Source: the human T2T-CHM13v2.0 reference genome, Homo sapiens. Taken from it: a stretch of DNA of 64,000 nucleotides. Positions 1 through 13,729 of the stretch are shown in pieces (the first letter of the stretch is position 1; each line of letters starts with the position of its first letter). The notes under the pieces are model-generated. The model was not told where the DNA came from, ran no database searches, and was given only the letters and a program-made list of their open reading frames with translations. The DNA lies in the NCBI RefSeq assembly GCF_009914755.1, contig NC_060932.1. One strand, given 5' to 3'. Position numbers and translations under genes: made by a program.

Positions 1-41
1 ATTTCCTGAAACATTTTTGATAAATTCTTTTGTTTCTACAG

Positions 42-137
42 AAACTCAAACAGAAGAATCAACAGCTGAAACAAATTATGGATCAATTACGAAATCTCAT
101 CTGGGATATAAATGCCATGTTGGCAATGAGGAACTAA
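42..137 (+). CDS. MED30: Last coding exon of Mediator complex subunit 30 (C-terminal 31 aa plus stop)
   Basis: Polypyrimidine tract and CAG acceptor (tgtttctacag, AG at 40-41). The phase-0 frame AAA CTC AAA...AAC TAA reads KLKQKNQQLKQIMDQLRNLIWDINAMLAMRN*, matching the recalled MED30 C-terminus. Confidence 0.95.
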   Translation, partial: KLKQKNQQLKQIMDQLRNLIWDINAMLAMRN

Positions 138-430
138 GCTGATATTTAAATTTCCTGCTTTACACATGTTATACCATTGTTTTTTCCCTCAAGTATTTTT
201 TCCCTGTGAAGAAGATTATTTATCTGCTTTTATTTTAGTCACTAAAACTAAAGTTTTTATTTTTACATTGTGATTTTTACATTAAAATATTAACTTTTTT
301 TAATGCTATTTTATGAAAGATTATTGTAATAAACTTTGATGGGGTTTGTATTTTGGTTAATCTTCATGAATTGAATAATTGTTTTTTTAAAGCAAAATAA
401 AGTTTTTTAAATAAATGTTAATATTTGATT
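138..430 (+). other. MED30: MED30 3' UTR (AU-rich); end approximate
   Basis: Follows TAA at 135-137, is very U/A rich, and ends in a cluster of poly(A) signals. Confidence 0.75.
281..415 (+). terminator. Cluster of polyadenylation signals
   Basis: ATTAAA 281-286; AATAAA 328-333, 396-401 and 410-415; GT/T-rich sequence follows 333. Confidence 0.75.
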
Positions 431-858
431 AATGGATTTACTCATTCCAATTACCCTTTTAGAAGAAAAATATTTAAATATTTCTGCAGATAAAAGTATC
501 AAATACAGTCAATCTGTATACAAATCAAAATTAAAGATATATTACCATATCAGCTCAAGTTTTTAAATTCAATGTTATTGCCAAGCCAATTAAAATGTAT
601 ATTTCTATGAATAGATGAAAATTAACATATTCCTCCAGTGTTTGGTCTTAAATGATCTGTCTCTAAAAGGAGAGAAACTAATGATCTAAGGACAGCACAA
701 ATTGAAATCACAACTGTGTGCTTATCTGCTATGTGCTTTAAGCTAAGAAGCAATCACTTACCTAATTTTTTAGGTATACCCTAAAGTAATCATAAGTGTG
801 TTTTGGAAACAGTACATTTGCAGGGATTTTAAATGAGATAGTTCTATATAACAGGTGA

Positions 859-885
859 TTTTTTTTTTTTTTTTTTTTTTTTTTT
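859..885. repeat. Poly(T) homopolymer, 27 nt
   Basis: Read directly from the sequence. Confidence 0.95.
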
Positions 886-2089
886 GCCTATAGTCAATCC
901 TGTTTAGGTCTCCCTGTGGGAGCTGATCTCTCAACTTACAAATAATATATATTCTCAAATAAGAGTTGGAGTCTTCTCAGAAAGGACTTTTCCAGCTTGA
1001 TTCAGAAGGCTCTTCTATCTGGTCTCAGTTCTGACTCTATGAAAAATATTGTTTGGGCTTTTCTTCTAAATGTTTCTCTGGAAGGTAACACAAGAAACTG
1101 TAATAGGCATCCTCTGGGGAGGGGAAGTGGGTAGTTGAGGATCAGAATTAAGAAGGTGCTGACTTTTCATTGTATATCATTTTGTACCTTTTGAATTTTA
1201 CAGCATGTACAAATACTGGCTATTCAGAAAACAGGAAACTATTTTTCATTTTAACTTATGCAGATTCCTACCTAGACAGAGTACAAGAAGACAAGACAAA
1301 CCATGCAAGCATCTTTAGACCCTCCAACTTGACATTTGTCAAGGCAGTTCTGAGCAAGCCCAGTGTTAGATGGGGCGCTGACTGCCTACAGTGGGAAGCT
1401 CTTCAGAGTTAAAGGGCAGAATGAAAAGGTGTATGAAGCTGTGACAAGGAGAAGAAATAGGACTAATAGTCTAACCTACTGTGGTACTTCTTAGTATCTA
1501 AGTGTATTATAGTTTATTTGGACATGCAGGATTTTTTAGGTTTTCACTGTATATTCTTTGCACTATTATGAATTTAGTGCACTATCGTTGGGTACTCTTG
1601 TCAATTTATTTTTGTATTGATGTCTTCTAAGACACTTCTAAAATGTTCTGACCTAATGTTTTTGTTTTAATTATCACACTCAACTACGATTATTCAAGGT
1701 GCCATAAACTCAACTCTTGGAGGGAATGTGGAAATTGTATTATTTTGGCCTTAGTTCTATAAATAATATTTCTACTGTAGAACAATAATCAATGCAGCTA
1801 CACTCTGCTACGGAGCTGTAGCAAGTTCTGAAAGGTTATATTCACAATTCAGAACTGACATGGGTTTACCCAGTTATTCACAAGTCTACTTGGGGCCAAT
1901 TATGAACGTGGCAGGGTTTATTAAATACATGAACCTCACAAATTCTCAAAGTTTCAACTTTTTCTTGAAGGAGAGCATACTAATAGATTGAGGAGTAAAG
2001 AAAGGTGAATTAAGTTGTAATGTGTTCCCTTGGGCAAGTAAATCTCTGTTTTCTGTAAAATGATGGGTGAGACTAGATAATCTCATATT

Positions 2090-2590
2090 CTATGTTAGAA
2101 TTTTGGTCGCAAATATTAGAACCCAATTCTAAATGGCTTAAGCCAAAAGGGATTTCTTAGTTCCTGTAGTGAGAAAAGATGCTAGAGAAGAGCTCACAGA
2201 ATAAAAGAAAATGGCAGGAAACAGGGCTTCAGGTATTGGAATCAAGTTTCAGTGCCCTCAGGATTCTGTGTCCACCCCTAATTTTAGTCTGTCTCTGTTT
2301 GCTCCATTCTCTCTCATTGCAGATCGGTTTTTTCCAAGTGGTGGGGAAAATGGCCTTCCACTGTCCTTTCACCTTGCTGTATCCTGAGCCCAGAGCTAGG
2401 TTGCTTCTCCAACTCTAAATTGAGAAATCCTAGAATGAATTCTAAAAAGTTTGGGTTATATAACCAACCCATGGACCAATGATAGTATAAATGGGTAGTA
2501 TGATTAGACTAATCCAGGTTATAAGCTCATTCTTGTGGCCAGGAATCGGGTATGGGAGTTATGGAAGAGTGTACTGTGCAAGGAACAAAT
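2090..2590. mobile_element. Old MaLR/ERVL LTR fragment (MLT1/LTR33-like)
   Basis: Resembles the recalled MLT1K/L-type end 'ttagaattttggtcgcaaatattagaacccaattctaaatggcttaagccaaaaggg'. Confidence 0.4.
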
Positions 2591-3669
2591 ATTCGAAAAA
2601 GAGGGGGTCAACCAGGAAAATTTGCAAAAAAAAAAAAAAAATCCACAAACAACAGCAACCACAGTCCACTGTTGTTCTTTCTTGGTTATAATACTATCTC
2701 AGATATAATACTAGTTATCCAATCTTTCAGAAGCCCAAGAAAAGTTTACAGAAAATCAAATGCATCATTGACTGTCATGGGAATTACTAGTCTTCATATT
2801 TTTTTTCTGAATTTGTGGACTTCTGTACTAACATTTTTATTTGCAGCTGTTTCTTGCCAGCTCTTTCAATTAATTGCTATGTGATCTTGTCAGGTCTTGG
2901 TTAGCCTGGGTAAAAGCACAGCGAGGAAACAGCTAAGAAAAAATAAAATGAAAGATCCAGCATCCTGGTAAGGACATTATCTTTAAAATGGTTTAGAAAT
3001 CTACAGCCCTGATTATTCAGGCATTAGATCCCTTGGCACCGTTACAAGCCAAAATGTGTTAACTTGACATTTTGATGTAGTTTCAGCTTGAGTAATTCAT
3101 TTTCTTTCCCTAAATTCCCACTGAAGTTTAAGCTAGATAGAAGATTTTTCAGCTTTAAACTAAAATGTGTACTTGTCCTAAAGCCTCAAAGAGTCTGTTA
3201 TCCTCGGTGTTCTTAAATTTGTTCAACAAAACTAGATGCCTTAAATTTTTGTCTAATGCTTTGAAACACTCATTCATCAAAGACTAATTTTAAGCCTAAA
3301 TTTAAAGACATTCTAGGTGTGTTTAAACACAAAAGCAGTCTTGAATTACTTCATGCCTTTTTAAACTAAAGAATTAAAGTTATTAGTCATTTAAATTAAT
3401 ATTTTTTAAGTTTATATTTTTACATTAAATAGAAATTGTGCACTGATGCAAAGAATTAATACTTTTTTTGAAAAATTCTTACTGTTGCTGGTATGTAATT
3501 TGCATTCCAAAAACTGCTAGAAAATTTACAAAGAAAGGGTAAAACTCTATTTTCTCTGTTTTGAGATCTTTATTATTCTTCCATGACACCAAACCACAAG
3601 ACTACCAAGTGGCATGCTCTTTGTTATAATTGCCTAAAGCTGTTATAATGCTTTCAGATGTCTTTTTGA

Positions 3670-3855
3670 GGCAGTACTTCCAGATTTAACGTCTACGAGA
3701 ATCATTTGGGTGTGTGTTTAAAAAGAACGGTTTTTATGTTTACCACAAATGTACTGAGACAGAATTTCTAAAGTGAGGATCTAAAAATCTACATATTTAA
3801 CAAGTTTTCCAGGTGATCTGTCACTGACATTTTGAAAAATCTTGTTCTAAACAGT
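3670..3855. mobile_element. MER5-like hAT-Charlie DNA transposon relic
   Basis: MER5 hallmarks 'gaatcatttggg...actgagacagaattt...atttaacaagttttccaggtgat'. Confidence 0.5.
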
Positions 3856-3957
3856 GTAGTGAGAATTGTTGAGTATTTCAAAAAACGGCAGATATAAAAC
3901 ACATTATGCCGTATTTAGAGTTCTGGCCTTTTGAGTATTTAACAATAATATTCTATA

Positions 3958-4135
3958 TCAGCAGTTCTCACCCCGGGCAGCACATTAGAATCAACTGGAA
4001 AAATGTTAAAATTCCCTAGGCCAAAACCACACCCCAGACCCATTAAATCAGAATTCTAAGGTGAGATCCAGACATCAATGTGTTTTAAGCTTCCCAGTTG
4101 ATTCCAATCTGAAGCCAATGTAGAAACCGTAGCTC
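3958..4135. mobile_element. MER5-like hAT-Charlie DNA transposon relic
   Basis: 'cagcagttctca...cacattagaatcaactgg...ccccagacccattaaatcagaattct...aagcttcccagttgattccaat'. Confidence 0.65.
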
Positions 4136-4617
4136 TGTATAAATTTATAGGCATGGAAAGAATCTTGAAGGATTGTGTTTTCAAGTAATAGTTAAATACC
4201 TGGAGCAAAGAACTTCTTCTAGAGGGCAGAAGTCTAAAACCTATACAGAACTAATCTTACAGTCTTGGGTATCAGAGTCAAAGGACCCTCACCCTTGTCA
4301 TCCACAATCACACCACTAATGAAAACACAGTAGAGATAACGCCATACAGCTGGCAACTCTTATAAGCGAAGACAAAGAAGGGGATCGTTGCATGCTCTCC
4401 CAGCCTTGTAGGTCATAACACTTTGAAGACATTGCAGAGGTAGAGTGAAGTCAAAAGGAAGGCTACATTTCTCTTTGTTCTCTGTTCCATGCTAAACATG
4501 GCGAGCCACATCTTGTTTTAGACTGCTAATAGAACTAAACTGTATTTGTAATTTACTCATTAAACAGTTATTTACTGATCACCTGCAGGCTCCAGGCACC
4601 AGGCTTCGAGCTGGGCC

Positions 4618-4760
4618 TACCATGCTGGAAACCTTTGCCCAAAGGTTATGGAATGTAATATAGTTTTCAGGGTGATCTGTCATGGACATTTTGAAAAATC
4701 GTGTTCTAAACAGTTTCCTTACCATGCTGGAAACCTTTGCCCAAAGGCTATGGAATATAA
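4618..4760 (+). repeat. 41-bp direct repeat (4618-4658 / 4720-4760) flanking a 53-bp copy (4662-4714) of 3803-3855
   Basis: Direct repeat 39/41 identical; insert 48/53 identical to 3803-3855 (manual alignment). Confidence 0.9.
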
Positions 4761-5879
4761 GCTAGAAGAGAGCTATTCATACATGCAAATCCTAGGATAA
4801 TCAGAGGCCTTCTCCACATTCAGAAATTGGACATCCATCAACCAACGCCCCAAAACAATGAACTGCTTTTACTCCATTGATACTTAGATTTTCATGGTGC
4901 CTATAAAGCAGACCACAGAGCTCATTAGAGGGCTCCTTCCCATGGGATACCACACAAAGAGAGTATCTACATGGTTTAAAAATTACTATATGTGCCCAGA
5001 CCTGTACAATCTAACTTAGGATAAAGATACAAGAAGGTAACACTATAAAAATGTTCAACTCCGGAAGATGAGAATGTAGCACAGCTTTAATTGCAATAAG
5101 GTGAGGGAAATAATTTTCAAAACAGCTTTGAGAAGGGGGAAAAAAGTCATTTGCAAAAGCTCAGTACTTAAAATCTACAGATGGCATAGTGAACAAATAA
5201 ATCAATTAAAGGATGCAAAGTGTGAACAGAAACATAAATGTGAATTAAAGGCATACAAACTTCAAGTTATGTATGAAGTAAGTATTTTAACCACTGGCAC
5301 TAAAATTTTAAATTGAATTCTCTGATGAAACAGAAAACTGGCATAATTGCCTCAGTAAAGAGTGGTTTGAGAGTTACAGCTGGTGGGGAAAAGATAAATG
5401 TGTTTCTGTGTTTCGAATAGACAGTAAAGCATGACAGATGAATAGAAAGGGCTTGCCAAGGTACCAACAATAGTCCAGGTGAGAAATAACTAAAGCATCA
5501 AACAGTCTCAGAGGCAGAATTTGAATTAAATAGTAGCATGTTTTTCTCCTACAATGCTCATCTTGATGGATATTACTACATGCGGCTAGTTCTTACCAAT
5601 CCTTCCAATGTTGTAGCCATTGGCCTAGTAAGGTCAAAGAGTTTGGGGTGTTTCCTAAAGCTACTGGCCTCTGTTTGGAGAATTATTTTTTTCCTTGACC
5701 TTTAAAGGATTTTGTAACAAGTGTTTTGCACCAGTCTTGTGTCCTTTCTTGCTTGTTTACAACTGTTTCTGTATTTGTGGGGGAGAGGGAGAGGAGTCGG
5801 TGGGAGAAGGGTCTTTTTCTTTCAGATGGTGGAGGGCAATACCATCTTAGGGCATTCTCACCCTCTCCTATGGCTGAGT

Positions 5880-6040
5880 CCTGAATAGAGGGTGAGAATA
5901 TGGACCCTGGAGACAAACTGCCTGAATCCCAGCTCTGCCGCTTACCAGCTGTTCCTTTGAGCAGAATTTTCGAGTTGCTTATGACTTGATTTTCTCTTCT
6001 ATAAAAGGGACAAATAGTATGTTCTTACACGAGTTTTATT
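5880..6040 (+). mobile_element. MIR SINE
   Basis: 'ctggagacaaactgcctgaatcccagctctgccgcttaccagctg' follows the MIR core. Confidence 0.65.
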
Positions 6041-7384
6041 TTTAAACAGCTCTGAGGAACATTTATATTTACAAGAGCCAAATACTTTAAAAATCTACCA
6101 ATGCCTTACCTAGCAAACAACTCCATCATTTGCAAGGATGAAATGAGATAAGGAGCTAGCATTGTGCCTCCACGAAAAGGGAAGGGGATCTGTAGATGTC
6201 AGATATCATCCCTACTTGGATAAAAACTAAAGATTTAAAAAATAAATGCATAATCATTTATTTCCCCCTCCCCATAAGCCAGCATTTTCTCCAACTGCTT
6301 TCATCAAAGCAGTGGAATTTCAACAACTCAGTTAGAAAATGGCATCACCACTGCCATTTTCTCTTTTAGCAAAGCCCTAACTCCCTGCCCTGCCCAGAGC
6401 TATTTTGATCCTATCTGTCTCCTTCTATCATTTGTCTTATCCATCTCCAATTTCTGTCAGTCTTTATTTCAAATATGTTTTATAAATGTGTATCTCCCTT
6501 GGACACGCCAAGTGCAATAACTGCCTTTCAGGATGCTTCACCTCTCACCTCAATCACATGTGTGGACAAAGCCAGCCTTGGCATGACCTCTTCTTCAGCT
6601 TGCATACCCTACTGTCCCCTCTTTGTTCTTTCTGGCTAAATCCTGAACCATCCTTCAAGATTCATCTCAAAGCCCACTGCTGCCCCCGAGATCTTTCCAC
6701 ACTGATTTCTGTCATCCCTGAACTCTGAGGGCTCATGGATTCATCACATCTGCCCTCTGCTCTAATGTTTTAGTTTCATGTGTGTGAAGCTTTGTCTGCC
6801 CAAGTAAATGAAAAGCTCCTGGGAATGGGATTAATTCTCCCTCTTTCCCCACCCAGCACAATGCAATGACACTCACAGATATCCAGTTATAGTGGTTGAG
6901 CTTGCTTGATTCAGAATTCATTGTAGTTTGCAAGTTCCACAGATTAGGAAATAATCTTTCTACTTTTTATATTGCCTCAAGCAGTTACTTCTTTTTTAAA
7001 AACAACATTTGATGCAAGAAATAATACTTCTGAAGTCAAAATAATTATATGTTAATGATTAAATTTATATATGAATGCTTTCATTGTGGTACCCATAAAA
7101 TTAAAGATAAAGCAAAATCTTAGAATAAGCTTCTATACTATGATATCAAGAGTAGTCCAAACTCACTGATTGACAGCCTGTTATGAAGAGGTAGTAATAT
7201 ACAGTATATCACTAAATCATGAAAACAATCATATGAGATAGATATTACATTATTGCCTTTTTACAGATCAGGAACCTTAAGCACATGATAGAAAAAAGGG
7301 TGAAGACTGAAAGCAAGGCACATGTTTTTCCCTGGAGAAGTTATAGAGAATCAACAAAGGTGGTAGATTTTTTTTTTCTGCCAG

Positions 7385-7830
<446 letters not shown>

Positions 7831-8871
7831 AAGAGTCCTTGTTTTTAACCAATAAACTTACTACACAAGTCAAAAACATGGTTATAACACTGACAGATGT
7901 GTGGTATTAAAATCTCAATGTCTCTGAAAGAGTTAGACTCTTCAGACCTTGAACTCCTCCCAGCAATCAGCAAAACCCTTGCCCTAAAAACAACAACAAA
8001 AAAAGATAATCATATCTGTGCAGACTTAGCATGGACCTGATTGATAACAAGCACTTGGTAAATGTTAAGTACTCCTGTCCACACCACCGCTACCACCACA
8101 TGTGCCCTTCTACTATGGCTACATGACCAACACCAGTTAAGAATCATAGCTTCCTGGAACACATGAACAGCATCTTGCTTTTTTTCTCAGAGTCTTTTCT
8201 CACAGAACGCTTTATCTTATTTTCTGCTTCTTCAGGGTTGTAAAGGTCTTTCTGAACAGGTCGTGGAAAAGAAAAAGAGCATATCTGAGAATGGCGCTAA
8301 CATCATCTCTCTTTATATTTCCCACCCCTAGATGTCCTTTGCACTTTCATCTATTTTTCTTGTCTCTAGGTACATACTTGCTCAGAAGCCACCAGGCAAA
8401 CTCAAGGCTTTTCACCATCAATGGATCCAAAGGCAGCTAGCAAATCAAAGCAATGCTTTAGCCTTTCACTACGTGAGGCTCGTTAGCTGTAAATTCAGGA
8501 AGACCTGTGCTCCAAGGACTCTCGCAGGGCATTGAAATCCTCTCACAAACCAGGTTTGGTAACAGAGCACAAAACCTGGGTGAGAAGAGGTTTGACTTCC
8601 TGCTACGGGGTGGACTGCCTTCTTTTGGTGGGGCAGTGCTTTCTAAGGGAAAGTGCTGATTAAATAGCACCTGCATAGAGATCTACAGCTGACTGGGATG
8701 GGGGTTGTAAGCCACGAACCCTTCAAGGTGGACGCAGCATTTTGAACATTAGCAAAAAGAGAATATTTCCTGGCACAAGAACAATACCTGGCACATAACA
8801 GGCACTCAATAAATATTTGTTGTATGAATGAGTGATCCACAGGAGAATATGAAGTATTTATAAAAATAAAT

Positions 8872-9040
8872 ACTGACCCTTGAACAGATTTGAACTATAC
8901 AGGTCCACTTACATGTGGATTTCTTTCAACAAAACACAGATTAAAAATAGAGCATTTATGGGATATGAAACCCATGTATCTGCAGGGCCCACTTCAGGAC
9001 TTGGGTACATGCAGATTCTTGTATACTTGGGGATTTGGGT
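8872..9040 (+). mobile_element. MER2-like TcMar-Tigger relic
   Basis: 'tgacccttgaac...tttgaact...ggtccacttacatgtggatttt...aaacccatgtat' matches recalled MER2B. Confidence 0.6.
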
Positions 9041-10539
9041 ATACAGGCAGGTTTTATTAAAACCCTTGTTTTACAAATGAGGAAATTGAGGTTAAATAAT
9101 TTGCCTTCAGGACATGTAACTAGTAAGTGACAGAAGCAAGATTCAAATTCAGATCACTCTTATTGTAAAATCTATGCTCATAGGTACTATGTTTCACTCT
9201 TGAAGGAGTGGCTTGCTTGACTAGGTATGTCCCAGAATGTTCTAAAAGTATTGAATTTCTGCCTCCAGGAGTTAATAAGACTTATGAAAGCTGTACTTTG
9301 ACTAATATTTTGGATCTGAATTCAGCGAGATGCCACGATCATATGACCTTAACCTGTATGACCAGTGTGGATGTGTGTGCCGGCTCCCTTCCCCAGTAGC
9401 TTGTCAATTCAGCACCAGCTGATGCCAAACCAGCTGCCACAGCCACTTTTACCATAGAAGTGTATCTCTGCATCTTGAAGTGTAGTGTACTGCAAAAAAT
9501 AAATAAGAGGAAAATATTATATAAGAAGTTGTCAATTCTGCCCCTCTTGAAAACTATCCAGTGAGGGAGGGCAATTTTGTACACTTTGCGGAAAAGGAAG
9601 AAAGGCACAGGAGTACTTTACTCAGGCACTTCAGGAGCAGAGCCTCGGCTCTTTCTTCCCCTTTGGAATTGGAAGAGACCAATGCCTTTTCAATTCCACT
9701 CAAGACAGAAAGAAGACTGTAAGGGCCATTGTTGGCCTGACAATGGAAGATGATTTTCATAGACAAGTTGATTGCTTTCTAAGAAGCAGAAAAATAAAGC
9801 TGAATTCAGCAACTACCCAAGAGTCTGTGAGAGCAGCCACTTCTGAAGGGACAGAAGAAGGCAGCTTTGCCAGCAAGCTCATTTCCCTTATCTGGGAGGA
9901 AAATGGGTTTTGCAATATTTTCATATTAGAGCAATGAACATCCTATCCAAGGTCTGGTAAAGTCTGTGGCCTGCTGAAGCTAGTAAAAACTTGGGAAATG
10001 TTACCAGGAAAATCTGATATCATGAGGCTTAAACTAGCCTAGACATATGTAGAGAGATCTTTTAAATGGATAGATAATGTAAGTAAACAGACTATTTTCT
10101 GAGCCTTTAAACTCTATTATGATAAACCTGCTTTCTCAGAGAAGGGAAAAATAGCTCCCTAACAAAGCACTGAAAAGTATGGTTAAAAAAAATACTTAAA
10201 TGTAGGTATGAATATTGCTGTACACATGACATTTATATAAAAAGTAATAATATAAAGCAGCGTAAAGCAAAAAAAATCATTGTACTGTCTATTCATGCTC
10301 TACATCAGAAGGTTCATCAAGTAGCTGTACCAATATTCATATCGGCCAAAAGAACTGCTTAATACTATGAATTTTTCTTCACATTTAGCTAAAATGTACT
10401 GAATACCTGCACTGAGTACACACATTACATCAGGTGACACTATGTGGACCAAATTCTCTAATTACCAGTAACTCTCTTGGGTGATGTTAGCCTCACTTTT
10501 TAGATGAGGAAGTTTAGGCTCAGAGAGATTACATAACTT

Positions 10540-11010
10540 GGGTATCACTGAGGGTGCTTTAAACCACGGGTAACCATACCTAACAATGGCTTAAACAAAA
10601 TTCATTTCAAGTAATCCCCCGTAACAAAGAGTTTGAAAGTCTTTGTCTCAGGGCTGAATCAGCAGACTAACGATAACACCAAGGACCCTGGCTCTACCCA
10701 TCCTTCCATGCATCCTTTCTTGGTGTGTTGGCTTTTAGTTTGCAAGCTTCTAGTCTTATGGTTATATGATGGCTGCAGCAGCTCCAGACATTACTTGTTT
10801 ACACAGCTAAGACCACAGGCCAAATAAAAGGGTGCAAAGGCTTCTCTTCCTGCAACATCCTTTCCATCATAACAGAAAATTTACCCAGGGCCCCCTAACA
10901 GATTTCTCCTTAAATCTAATTTGGCAAAATGGATCACATGGCCATCTGTAGCTGTAAGGGATGATGAGAAAGTGAGTATATAGCATTTTCACCATTACTG
11001 GAGGATGGTT
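10540..11010. mobile_element. Old MaLR LTR (MLT1-like)
   Basis: 'aacaatggcttaaacaaaa...gatggctgcagcagctccagacatta...catggccatc...agctgtaaggga'. Confidence 0.55.
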
Positions 11011-11174
11011 TTGTCAGGAAGGAAGGAAGGAATAGAGGAAGAAAGGGAGGAAGAGGAGAGAAAGGGAGGGAGGGGAGAGAAGTGGTAGCTGAACCAACAC
11101 CAACAGTGTCTGGCATATTATCAAAGTTAGAAGTTGATATAGCTAGAACTGAGTCTCTTTTCACAAAGCACGTT

Positions 11175-12140
11175 CCAACACAACTTCATAGCAAAAAAAC
11201 AAATAACCTGATTTAAAAATGTGCAAATGACCTAAATAATTTCTCAAAAGAAGATATACAAATGGCCAAACAGGTGTATGAAAAGGTGATCAACATTACT
11301 AATCATCAGGGAATTGCAAGTCAAAATTTCAGTGAGATATTCCCTCACTTGTTAGAATGGCCATTATCAAAAAGACAAAACATAACACGTGTTGGTGAGA
11401 ACGTGGAGAAAAGGTAAACAACCCTTGCACACTATGAATGGGATTGTCAATGAGTACAGCCATTTTTCAAAACAATACAGAAGTTTGTCAAAAATTTAAA
11501 AATAGATCTGTTAGAAATCCCACTTCTGGGTCTATATGCACAGGAAATGCAATTAGCTTGTTGAGAAGATATTTGCACCCCTATATTCACTGCAGCATTA
11601 TTCACAATAGCCCATATACGGAATCAACCTAGGTGTCCATCAGTGGATATATGAATGAAAAAATATGCTTCATAAACACAATGGGAATACTATTCAGCCA
11701 TAAAAAATGAAGAAAATCCTGTCATTTGTGATAACATGGATGAACCTGGAGGACATTATGCTAAGTGAAATAAGGCAGTTGCAGAAAGATAAATACTGCA
11801 TGATCTCACTTATATGTGGAACCTAAAACAATTGAACTCATAAAAGCAGAGAATAGAATAGTGGTTACCAGGCGTTGGGGATGAGGAGAGGAATGTGGGG
11901 AGATGTTCGTGAAAGGGTATAAAGCTTCAGTTAGACGAGACAAATAACTTCTAGACATCTATTTACAGCATGGTGACTGGAATGTACACTTGAAAATTGC
12001 TGAGAGTAGATCTTAAATCTTCTCCATATGTGAGGTGATGGATATGTTAATTAACCTGATTTAGTAATTTCAAAATGTGTGTATATCTCAAAACATGTTG
12101 CACACCATAAATATGTACAATTTTTGTCAATTAAAATTGA
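11175..12140 (+). mobile_element. L1MA-type LINE-1 3' fragment (ORF2 end and 3' UTR)
   Basis: 'ttctcaaaagaagatatacaaatggcc', 'gcagcattattcacaatagc', 'ggatgaacctggaggacattatgctaagtgaaataag'. Confidence 0.9.
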
Positions 12141-12728
12141 ACAAATATTTTTAAGTAAGACAAAACAAAAACCCACATACTTTTTACCCCACGCCAAGCA
12201 AAAGAGGTAGGGAAGTCCTTTCTCAGGTAGTTACAGCCCACAACTTTTAATATCAGTGCCATGACCTTGAAGGGGCTGCTGAAAGGTTATCAGGAGGACT
12301 GCTGGTGATGATAGAGCTGAGATGCTCCCTTTAAAGCATGGGGAATCTGACACCCTTCTCTGAGTGTCCTTGAGTTTGAGGTCTCTAGGGAGCCAAGCTG
12401 ACTTCCCTTTGGGGAATAGAAAGTCATCCAGATTTTGCGTGGACTGAACTCAAACTCCTGGAGTCTGAGGAGGGCTTCTTATACCTAGCTTGACTCAAAC
12501 TCGCCACTGAGTCAAGACACTTGTCAAGTCTTTAAATGTCCTTCAGTCCTGTGCCAATTGCAATGTACAAAACATCTCCAACTCCATTCTTCTGTTGGTT
12601 TGTTGATTTCTCTCTGAGTGGTCCAAATGCATTCTCATACCATACCACATATACATTTTTTTGTGAATCATTAATAGATTCTAACAGTTGCATATAATAT
12701 TGAAAATTATATGCAAAAATTATAAAGT

Positions 12729-13040
<312 letters not shown>

Positions 13041-13729
13041 TTATTTACATCACATTCACCTATAGGAACATATAAATAACATAAATATGTATGTAATATG
13101 GATTTAAAACTTTTATTTCCATTTGCAAAGTTATTCTCTGAGAGCCTGATAAACAAAGTTGAGTATACACTTTTTGTGTATATAAACACATGCACACACC
13201 TGCATGTACACACACACACCCATCCCTGGGTAGCCAATGGTGAAATAAAGAAGAGAGAGCCATAATCCACAGTCTCAAAAGTTTCATATACAAGAAGAAG
13301 CACACACACACACAAAATATCAGAAGGTCCAACCCAAGTCTTTGGGTTGGAATCCTGGCTCTGTCACTTGCACCTTGGCATTAGGCACATTTTGTCATCT
13401 CACTGAGACTCAATTTCTCATTTGAGAATGGGGACAATAATACCCACTCCTCATAATTGGTGGGGAATTTAGAGGAAATGTAAATGAAACATCTAGTACA
13501 ATGCTTAGCATTACCCATAAACACTCACAAACACTGTATCGTTCAGACAAATAGAGGAGAGACTTATTATGTCAGTAACACATTTGGATTTCTTGGCTCT
13601 CAACTCTTCAAAACTCTTCAGAAATGTTTTAGGAGCTCTAAAGTGGTACATCTAAAGGAGTGACATCAGGCAGAACCCCTAATTTCAGTGGATGTTCCTA
13701 GAGCTTTCATGTCCCATGTGGCAGCTACA

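Noticed and set aside
6675-6695. Partial CTCF-like motifs (also near 1370, 8630 and 21270)
   Set aside because: Only half of the core motif matches; not supportable without a PWM scan or ChIP data.
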